Notes under the pieces: model-generated
Databases searched by the model: none
The model's input: the letters and a program-made list of their open reading frames with translations, nothing else
Told to the model about the DNA's origin: nothing
Translations under genes and position numbers: made by a program
Assembly: GCA_016184105.1 (NCBI GenBank)
Contig: JACPDI010000029.1
Coordinates: 7,905-71,904, forward strand
Direction of reading: 5' to 3'
Origin: Acidobacteriota bacterium
GTDB taxonomy: Bacteria > Acidobacteriota > Vicinamibacteria > Vicinamibacterales > 2-12-FULL-66-21
DNA length: 64,000 bases
In this document: positions 1 to 8,172 of the stretch, one piece after another
Layout: every line of letters starts with the position of its first letter
Numbering within the stretch: the first letter of the stretch is position 1

Positions 1-112
1 GAGTCTTCCCCGGCAGGCGCGAGGCTGGAGGCGGCGGCCGGCGCCGCCGCGCCCGCCACCGCCGTCGCGCCAATCGCGCTGACCTTGAAGAAGGTTCGTC
101 GCGTGAGTTTCA
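1..112 (-). CDS. N-terminus of a twin-arginine (TAT) signal protein that runs off the left edge; probably a periplasmic redox-enzyme subunit
   Basis: Reverse strand from ATG at 112 reads MKLTRRTFFKVSAIGATAVAGAAAPAAASSLAPAGED... It has an RRxFFK twin-arginine motif and a hydrophobic h-region. A GAGG lies just upstream. It is open-ended, so it is absent from the ORF track. Confidence 0.45.
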
Positions 113-123
113 TGGGCGTGACC

Positions 124-210
124 TCAATGCCGGGTGCCGGCGAGCGACACGTACGACATGACGGAGAGAACCAGGAGCGCCATCATCGTGAGCGGGATGG
201 TGAGGATCAT
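124..210 (-). CDS. 28-aa hydrophobic micro-protein with a single predicted TM helix
   Basis: MILTIPLTMMALLVLSVMSYVSLAGTRH. AAAGGAGG lies 7 nt upstream of the ATG at 210. That ATG overlaps the TGA of the upstream 75-aa ORF (ATGA at 207-210). The stop is 11 nt before the next ATG (112). Confidence 0.35.
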   Translation of the reverse strand: MILTIPLTMMALLVLSVMSYVSLAGTRH

Positions 211-434
211 CGCGCGACCTCCTTTGCGGGTGCCGGACCTTTGGGCTCCGCCGCGACGCCGTGGACGCCGCCGGCGGCTGCCAGGCGCGCCATGGCTTCG
301 CGGAAGAGCGGGCAGTCGTGGAATTGCCCCAGGCACGGGTCGGCGGTCGCGATGCGATCGAGCGGAAGCATCTTCTTCACGGGGTACGCATCGCAGAAGA
401 GCATCACGACTTCCTTCAGGTGCGGGCAGCTCAT
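207..434 (-). CDS. Hypothetical 75-aa protein with four Cys (C3, C14, C34, C41)
   Basis: ORF 207..434 has GC3-rich codons typical of this window. GGAAG lies 7 nt upstream of the ATG. A sigma-54 promoter lies about 60 nt upstream. I do not recognise the family. Confidence 0.5.
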   Translation of the reverse strand: MSCPHLKEVVMLFCDAYPVKKMLPLDRIATADPCLGQFHDCPLFREAMARLAAAGGVHGVAAEPKGPAPAKEVAR

Positions 435-494
435 GGGCGTCTTCCAGGTGAATCGCGGTGCCGCGTTCGTGCGCCACCGTCACCCCACGGCATG

Positions 495-509
495 GCAACG
501 GTCGCGCCA
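495..509 (-). promoter_or_regulatory. Sigma-54 (-24/-12) promoter
   Basis: The minus strand reads cTGGCGCGaccgTTGCc, against the consensus TGGCACG-N4-TTGCW. The GG-N10-GC spacing is exact. It lies between the stop of the sigma-54 activator (622) and the ATG at 434. Confidence 0.55.
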
Positions 510-621
510 GGCACTCGCGTGCGGATTTACCGGGGAATTGTGGTGGTTGCGGGAAAAGGGATCGGTGAAAGCCTCAACGGCGAGTTGAGGATTTCAACGC
601 GGGTGTGGCGGTCGAGGGAAG

Positions 622-1977
<1,356 letters not shown>

Positions 1978-2499
1978 AGGATTGCTCCCTGAGATCGCGA
2001 AATCGACTCCGGCAGTCCGGGCACAGCCGGTCCTGCTTCAGATCGACGGCCGCGAGCGCCGGCGATCGCGCCATGACGCACGCGGATGACGCGCAGTGCA
2101 CGAGCCCGAACGTGTGGCCCACCTCGTGGACCGACTCCTTGGCCAGCCGGGCGCGGACGAGCGCGTCGGCCGGCGGCTCGCGCAGCCGCGCGGTCGAGAC
2201 CACGGCGACCCGGCCGGCGAGCTGCGCCTCGCCGAAGACGAAGGTGAGCACCGGGATGAACAGATCCATGCCGGTGACGCCGAGCAGCTTCGCGCCGTCG
2301 GCCGGCATCCGCCCGGCAAGCCACTCGAGGATGACGCGCGACGAGTGCTGCTGCCGTCGAACGTCGAAGGCATTCGGCGACCGCTCGTCGATCCACGCGC
2401 GGCGCGCCGCCATCTGGAACTCCCGCTGCAGCGCGGCGATGGCGGGATCCAGCAGCCGCGGCGGCTCCGGACCCTCGCCGATCCACGCGACGTAGATCG

Positions 2500-4179
2500 T
2501 CACGGGTGCTGTGGCGGACCTGGAAGGTAGGCCCCACAGGTGACCCCCGCGTGCGACGGGCCTGAAAGGCCCGCGCCGCTCACGTCCCCCACACGTTCCA
2601 CCGCCGGCGGCAGCGTGATCGTCACCGTCGTGCCTTCTCCCGGCGTGCTGTCGATCTTGAGCGTGCCCCCGTGCCGCTCGACGATGCCGTAGACGACCGA
2701 GAGCCCCAGGCCGGTGCCCTTGTCCCTGGTCGTGAAGAAGGGATCGAAGACCTTCTTCAGGTGCTCGGGCCGGATCCCCGTCCCGGTGTCGCGCACGGCA
2801 ACCTCTGCCGATCCGCCGGCATTGCGCGAGACGATGTGCAGCGTCCCGCCGCTGGGCATCGCGTCGCACGCGTTAATCAGGATGTTGACGAGCGCCTGCC
2901 GGATTTGCCCGAAATCCGCTTCGATGGGCGGGACGTCGCCCAGCTCCGACTGGAGCTGGATGTTCTGCATCTTCACCTGGTTGTTGATCAGGAACAGCGT
3001 CTCGCCGAGGACGGCGTTGACGTCCACCTGCGTGAGCTTCAGCTCGCGCTCGCGCGCGAAGTCGAGCAGGTTCCGGACAATCGCGGTGCAGCGCTGCGTC
3101 TCGCGCTCGACCAGCTTGAGCTGGCCGATGATCTTCGCGCGCTGCGCCTCGTCCGGGGGCGCTTCCTCCAGCGTGCGGACGAGCAGTTTCGCGTAGGTGA
3201 GGATCCCGGCGAGCGGGTTGTTGATCTCGTGCGCGATGGATGCCGCCAGGCGGCCGAGCGACGAGAGCTTCTCGCTCTGGACCATCTGTTCCTGCGCCTT
3301 GCGCAACGCGGCGGTGCGGTCCTGCACCTGCTGCTCGAGCCCGTCGAGCAGCGCCAGCCGCTGGCGGCGGACCTCCTGCAGCGCCGCTTCCATTTCGTTG
3401 AACGCGCGGGCGAGCTCCGCGATCTCCCCCGATCCGCTGACGGGCACGGGCTCCTTCAGGTCCCCGTGCGTGACACGCCGCACGCCGCCTACCAGCTGTT
3501 GCACCGGCTGGACGAGGCTGCGCCGCGTGAAGACGATCACCGTCATCGCGAGGCCGAGCACCGTGATCACGGCGACCTCCGCCGTGCGGCGCTGCAGCGA
3601 GGCGAGCGTGCCGTCCACGTTCGACAGCGACATCCCCACTTCGAGCAGGCCGAGGACGCGCTGCTGGGGCGGGTGCGCGTGACACGCGGCGCTCGAGCAG
3701 GCGGGCGCGTTGTAGATCGGGCTGACCGTCGCCAGCACGCGCCCGCTGCGGTGCGCGATGACGCGGCTGCGCGCCGACGGGGTCAGCGACTCTGGCCTGT
3801 GACTGTTGGTGTGGCACGCGGCGCACGTCGGCTCGCGCGTGCTCGCGACGCGCCCGATCTCGGCCGCATCCATCGAGTACTGCGTCAGCCCCTGCGAGTC
3901 GAACAGCCGCAGCTCCGCCATGAGGGGCTGCGACGCCACGGCCTGCAGCGATCCGACGAGCTCGGCGCGCTCGTTGCGGAGCATGTGCCGCTGGAGACTT
4001 CGGACGAGCGTGTCGCTCAGGAACGCGGCATTGCTCACCGTCTCCTGCATCAGCAGCTCCTGCTGCGCGCGCAGCACGAGATACAGGAAGATGGCGCCGC
4101 CGATTGCGGTGGCAAGGATGATGACCGCCGTCACCTTGACGCTCAGGCGATCCCACCAGCGCAACCCGCTGAGAGGCAT
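2500..4179 (-). CDS. Sensor histidine kinase (2 TM, periplasmic domain with CxxCH motifs, HAMP, HisKA, HATPase)
   Basis: H-box SIAHEINNPL, N-box NILINACDAM, G-boxes DTGTGI and GTGLGLS, HAMP segment VQQLVGG...AFNEM. Two TM segments flank a roughly 160-aa periplasmic domain. That domain contains CAACH and CSSAACH. Confidence 0.9.
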   Translation of the reverse strand: MPLSGLRWWDRLSVKVTAVIILATAIGGAIFLYLVLRAQQELLMQETVSNAAFLSDTLVRSLQRHMLRNERAELVGSLQAVASQPLMAELRLFDSQGLTQYSMDAAEIGRVASTREPTCAACHTNSHRPESLTPSARSRVIAHRSGRVLATVSPIYNAPACSSAACHAHPPQQRVLGLLEVGMSLSNVDGTLASLQRRTAEVAVITVLGLAMTVIVFTRRSLVQPVQQLVGGVRRVTHGDLKEPVPVSGSGEIAELARAFNEMEAALQEVRRQRLALLDGLEQQVQDRTAALRKAQEQMVQSEKLSSLGRLAASIAHEINNPLAGILTYAKLLVRTLEEAPPDEAQRAKIIGQLKLVERETQRCTAIVRNLLDFARERELKLTQVDVNAVLGETLFLINNQVKMQNIQLQSELGDVPPIEADFGQIRQALVNILINACDAMPSGGTLHIVSRNAGGSAEVAVRDTGTGIRPEHLKKVFDPFFTTRDKGTGLGLSVVYGIVERHGGTLKIDSTPGEGTTVTITLPPAVERVGDVSGAGLSGPSHAGVTCGAYLPGPPQHP

Positions 4180-4344
4180 GTTGTGAAACCCTGCACTTTT
4201 AGCAAGGCCACTGCCGCGCCTGCCCGGGCGGCTGGCGAAAAAATACCGGGAAAATCAGGGGTGATCAGGTCACCGAGAACAGAGACGACGGGATTCCGGC
4301 AGGCGGGTTCTACCGCCGCTGCCGGATTGCTGTCATAACGCGAA

Positions 4345-4353
4345 TGCTATAAT
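4345..4353 (+). promoter_or_regulatory. Extended -10 promoter element (TGcTATAAT) 11 nt upstream of the start codon
   Basis: TGCTATAAT at 4345-4353, GTG at 4365, and no Shine-Dalgarno sequence between them. Confidence 0.4.
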
Positions 4354-4364
4354 TCCGTCACACC

Positions 4365-5387
4365 GTGGGCAAATTGAAGATCGTCGTCCTCTTCGACCGG
4401 TGGGAAGGACCGGACGAGGACGAGGGATCCGGCGGCGCGCCGACGCTCGTCCGCACGCTCGACAAGAAGGAAGTCGAGGAGGAGGTCGCCGAGGCGCTCG
4501 GCAAGCGCGGACACGAGCCGGTGCTGCACGTGCTCGATGGCGGCCGGAAGGGGCTGCACGCGCTGGCCAAGCTCGATTGCGATCTGGTGTTCAACCTGGC
4601 CGAGTCGTTCGGCGGCAACGACCTCGCCGACTTCTGTATCGCGTCCTACCTCGAGCTGCTCAACAAGCGCTACACCGGCGCCGGCGCGCGCGGGCTGATG
4701 CTGGCGCAGGACAAGGCGATCGCGAAGAAGATTTTCGCGTTCCACGGGATCCACACGCCCGTCTTCGCGAAGGTGTATCGCGGGCGCCTGGATTTCTCCC
4801 ACCACCTCGAGTTTCCCGTCATCGTCAAGCCCGCGCGGGAAGACGGATCGATCGGGATCGAGTTCAACGCCGTCGTGAATTCGATCCGCGAGCTGATGGA
4901 GCGCATTGACCAGCTCCACCAGAATTTCGACTCGCCGGTGCTGATCGAGGAGTACGTCGAGGGGCGCGAGCTGTATGTCGGCGTGCTGGGCAACGAGCCG
5001 CCCGTGGCGCTCCCCGTGGTCGAGCTGGATCTGTCCAAGCTGCCGGACGGCATTCCCCGGATCGCCAGTTCAGAGGTCAAGTGGAACAAAGGCACGCGCG
5101 CCTACCGGGACACCAAGTCCAAGGTGGCGGAGGACCTGCCGGAAGAGACCGTGGCGCTGCTGAACCAGACGGCAGTGGCCGCCTATCAGGCGCTCGACCT
5201 CAGGGACTACGGGCGGATCGACATGCGGCTCCAGCCCAACGGGCGCGTGGCGGTGATCGAGGCTAACCCCAATCCCTGGTTATCTTCCCGGGCGGAGTTC
5301 GTGATGGCTGCCCGCAGGTCCGGCCGGACCTACACCGACCTGATCGGCGAAATAGTCGAGCTGGCGATGGCGCGCTACGGAATGTAA
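4365..5387 (+). CDS. ATP-grasp enzyme of the D-alanine--D-alanine ligase family
   Basis: 340-aa ORF with the typical Ddl-family ATP-grasp layout: KIVVLF N-terminus, FPVIVKPAREDGSIGI, LIEEYVEGRELYVGVLG and RIDMRL...VIEANPNP. Confidence 0.78.
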   Translation: MGKLKIVVLFDRWEGPDEDEGSGGAPTLVRTLDKKEVEEEVAEALGKRGHEPVLHVLDGGRKGLHALAKLDCDLVFNLAESFGGNDLADFCIASYLELLNKRYTGAGARGLMLAQDKAIAKKIFAFHGIHTPVFAKVYRGRLDFSHHLEFPVIVKPAREDGSIGIEFNAVVNSIRELMERIDQLHQNFDSPVLIEEYVEGRELYVGVLGNEPPVALPVVELDLSKLPDGIPRIASSEVKWNKGTRAYRDTKSKVAEDLPEETVALLNQTAVAAYQALDLRDYGRIDMRLQPNGRVAVIEANPNPWLSSRAEFVMAARRSGRTYTDLIGEIVELAMARYGM

Positions 5388-5453
5388 AAAGGGGTCGGGA
5401 GCCTTTTTCGGTCGCGAGGGATTCCGACCGAAAAAGGCTCCCGACCCCTTTTT
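5386..5453. terminator. Bidirectional intrinsic terminator with a 29-bp perfect stem
   Basis: aaaaaggggtcgggagcctttttcggtcg / 10-nt loop / cgaccgaaaaaggctcccgaccccttttt. An A-tract on one side and a T-tract on the other. It starts inside the TAA stop of the ligase gene. Confidence 0.75.
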
Positions 5454-5521
5454 ACGGTTTTCGTAAGTGCCCCAACATTGTGCAAAGGCGCGAAAAACGC
5501 CTGATTTTCCGCCTGTTTCCG

Positions 5522-5550
5522 TTGTCTGAGCCCCCAAAATCGGCTATACT
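5522..5550 (+). promoter_or_regulatory. Sigma-70-type promoter, TTGTCT-N17-TATACT
   Basis: -35 TTGTCT at 5522-5527, a 17-nt spacer, -10 TATACT at 5545-5550, upstream of carD. Confidence 0.45.
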
Positions 5551-5611
5551 GGGGGGACTGCTTGTCTCGGACACGCCCAACCTACGCACACCTTTTATCT
5601 GTGGGGGATAT

Positions 5612-6235
5612 GTGACATTTGAGGTCGGTGACAAGGTCATTTACCCGAATCACGGGCTCGGCGTCGTTGAAGGTATTGAAACCAAAACCATCCTGGGTAC
5701 GACGTGCGGCTTTTATCACCTCCGGATGATTGGCAGCGAGACCACCGTCCTTGTGCCGCTCGATAACGTGGATGGCGTCGGGCTGAGGCGCGCCATCAGC
5801 GATGTGGAGTGCGAACGGCTGTTCCAACTGCTCGGTGACGGCAAGATCGACAACCACCAGAACTGGAAGGGGCGCTTCAAGGACAACTCGGACAAGATGC
5901 GCACCGGCTCGATTTACGACGTCGTGGACGTCCTCAAGAACCTCACGTATCTGAGCCGATCCAAGAGCCTGTCGTTCCGCGAGAAGCGCATGCTGGATCG
6001 CGCCAAGTTCCTGGTCACGTCGGAAATTTCCGAGGTGCTGCGCGAGCCGCTGCTCGACATCGAGGGCAAGGTCGAGAAGGCGCTCGAGCGCTGCTTCGCC
6101 GTCAAGGCGCGCTCGATCGCCCGCGCGAAGGCGTCGACGGCGCCGGCGAAGGTGAAGGCGGTGAAGACCGTCAAAGCGGTGCCGCCCTCCCGCGTGGCCA
6201 CCGCCCGGCGTGCCGGGGCGGCGCGCGCCAGCTAA
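5612..6235 (+). CDS. carD: CarD/CdnL-family RNA-polymerase-binding regulator with a basic Ala/Lys-rich C-terminal tail
   Basis: FEVGDKVIYPNHGLGVVEGIE...FYHL...VLVP (CarD_CdnL_TRCF domain) and WKGRFKDNSDKMRTGSIYDVVDVLKNL. GTG at 5612 is preceded by GGGGGA. The track ORF starts further upstream, at 5480. Confidence 0.85.
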   Translation: MTFEVGDKVIYPNHGLGVVEGIETKTILGTTCGFYHLRMIGSETTVLVPLDNVDGVGLRRAISDVECERLFQLLGDGKIDNHQNWKGRFKDNSDKMRTGSIYDVVDVLKNLTYLSRSKSLSFREKRMLDRAKFLVTSEISEVLREPLLDIEGKVEKALERCFAVKARSIARAKASTAPAKVKAVKTVKAVPPSRVATARRAGAARAS

Positions 6236-6278
6236 CGAGTTTCCCTGTACCGCTTGATCCGGGCGTTCACAAGGGAAG

Positions 6279-6313
6279 GAGCCCGGCGGAGATAGAATCT
6301 TCGCCGGGCTTTT
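6279..6313 (+). terminator. Rho-independent terminator
   Basis: gcccggcg / 13-nt loop / cgccgggc followed by tttttt, directly after carD. Confidence 0.7.
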
Positions 6314-7060
6314 TTGTTGGCCTCTCGCGACACTGTGTTGATTGCCATCCTTCGCTCCATTGCGGCGTACCTGTTCGTCTCGCTGTACGTCGTCATCGTC
6401 GGCACGCCGCTCATCGCGCTGGCGCTGGTTGTCCGATCGCCGGCGATCCTGTACTGGGCCGGGCTGGCGGGTATCCGCGGGGGCATGCTGCTTTCCGGGA
6501 TCAGCTATCGGGTCGAAGGGGCCGACCGGATCATCCGCGGCCGCCCCGCCGTCTACGCGGTGAATCACGCGAGCAACCTCGAGCCCCCGATTGCGTTTGC
6601 GGCGCTGAGCTCGTTGTTTCCACGGCTCGCCATTCTTTACAAGGCGGAACTGCGGAAGCTGCCGATCCTGGTGTGGGGGCTCGACCTGGCCGGCTTCGTT
6701 CCCATCGAGCGCGGCAACCGCGAGCAGAGCCTGCCGGCGATCGACCGCGCGGCGGACGCGATGCGCCGCGGCGTGTCGTTCCTGATCTTCCCGGAGGGCA
6801 CGCGCTCGCGGACCGGCGAGCTGCTGCCGTTCAAGAAGGGGGGCTTCATCCTCGCGTTGAAAGCCGGCGCGCCGATCGTGCCCGTGGCGATCAAAGGAGC
6901 GCGCGAGGCGATGCGGAAGGGGAGCCCCGTCATCCACCCGGTCACGGCGCGGGTTGCCTTCGGCCAGCCCATCGAAACCAGCGGCATGACGATTGACGAT
7001 CGCGATCGGCTGATCGCGGACGTCAGGGGGCAGATCGTGGGGATGTTGGAGAAGATCTGA
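6314..7060 (+). CDS. plsC: 1-acyl-sn-glycerol-3-phosphate acyltransferase (lysophospholipid acyltransferase family)
   Basis: VNHASNLE (HX4D/E block) and FPEGTRSRTG block. The start is uncertain: TTG 6314 or GTG 6335. Confidence 0.82.
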   Translation: MLASRDTVLIAILRSIAAYLFVSLYVVIVGTPLIALALVVRSPAILYWAGLAGIRGGMLLSGISYRVEGADRIIRGRPAVYAVNHASNLEPPIAFAALSSLFPRLAILYKAELRKLPILVWGLDLAGFVPIERGNREQSLPAIDRAADAMRRGVSFLIFPEGTRSRTGELLPFKKGGFILALKAGAPIVPVAIKGAREAMRKGSPVIHPVTARVAFGQPIETSGMTIDDRDRLIADVRGQIVGMLEKI

Positions 7061-7067
7061 GGTGGAC

Positions 7068-8147
7068 TTATCCCCCCACCGAGAACTCCATCGCCCACGG
7101 CGCCAGCCTCGCGCCGTCGGAGGCGGTGATGCCGTCGAGCAGCTCGATCTTCACCGTGCTGAAGTGGTCGAGCGGCGCTTGGAAGGTGATCTCGGCGACG
7201 CGATTGTCACGGCGATAGACGGTCGTGGCGACCGGCGGTGTCGAGGTGGCGTTCGCGTGGACGTACGTCACGCGGACGCGATCGCGGAAGCTCTCCGCCT
7301 CCATGTCGCGCGTGAACTGGATGCGGACCTTCACCGTCGGCGAGACGTCGGCCTCGTCATCGACCGGCAGCGAAAACGCGACCTGCGGCGGCGCCCCGAC
7401 CACGCGCACCGGAGCCTCGGCGATGGCGGCGGGCGCCGATCCGCTGGAGAGCGTCACCTTCGTCGCTTCGATCCACACCAGGCCGCGCTCGGCGCGCACC
7501 ACGCCCGTGACCTCGAGCGAGCGCCCGGTATCGAGCCTGGTAAAGGAGTCGAAGTTGAAGTCCCTGCCGCGCGGCCGTTGTCCGGTGACCCAGAGCGCGG
7601 CGTCCGCCGACTGGATCACGAAGTCCCACCGGCTTCGGCCCGGCGACTGCGGCAGATCGCCATACAGGTTGGCGCCACGAAACCGCCCGATCACCGTGAC
7701 CCGTTGTCCTTCATAGCGTGACGGCTCGAGCGCGATCGCGCGCAGCCCGGGCGGGAGCCGCTCGGCTGCGCCGGACGCGCTGGCGATGACGATGAGCACC
7801 TGGTTGTGAGCCGGCCAGCGGCCGTCGTTGACGCGCTGGAGGAGCGCTTCGATGTCGAACCCGGCCAGGTGCGGGTCGTCCGGCGTGAGCCGCCCCAGGT
7901 CCCAGAACTGGCCGCGGAGTTCCACCAGGCCGTCCGGCACGCCCCGATCGCGCTGGAGGACGAACACCGGCCGCGTCGAGTCGTCTGCGCGGAGCGACAC
8001 GATGCCGGACGCCGGCTGTTCGACCGTCCCACGCACGACAATCGTGCGGCCGTGGAAAAAGAGCGGGTGTTGGGCGAGGGCCTCGAGCGTGGTGGCGGTG
8101 CGCGAGGCGGGCTGGGCGGCCGCCGCAACCGCGGCGGCCACCAGCAT
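7068..8147 (-). CDS. Secreted hypothetical protein with a C-terminal Ig-like (SbsA/Big_5-type) domain
   Basis: Signal-like MLVAAAVAAAAQP at the chosen ATG 8147. The track start (8321) would overlap the OPT gene. The C-terminal PQVAFSLPVDDEADVSPTVKVRIQFTRDM resembles bacterial Ig-like domains. Confidence 0.55.
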   Translation of the reverse strand: MLVAAAVAAAAQPASRTATTLEALAQHPLFFHGRTIVVRGTVEQPASGIVSLRADDSTRPVFVLQRDRGVPDGLVELRGQFWDLGRLTPDDPHLAGFDIEALLQRVNDGRWPAHNQVLIVIASASGAAERLPPGLRAIALEPSRYEGQRVTVIGRFRGANLYGDLPQSPGRSRWDFVIQSADAALWVTGQRPRGRDFNFDSFTRLDTGRSLEVTGVVRAERGLVWIEATKVTLSSGSAPAAIAEAPVRVVGAPPQVAFSLPVDDEADVSPTVKVRIQFTRDMEAESFRDRVRVTYVHANATSTPPVATTVYRRDNRVAEITFQAPLDHFSTVKIELLDGITASDGARLAPWAMEFSVGG

Positions 8148-8172
8148 CACGCCTGCAAGAACGAGCCGGATA

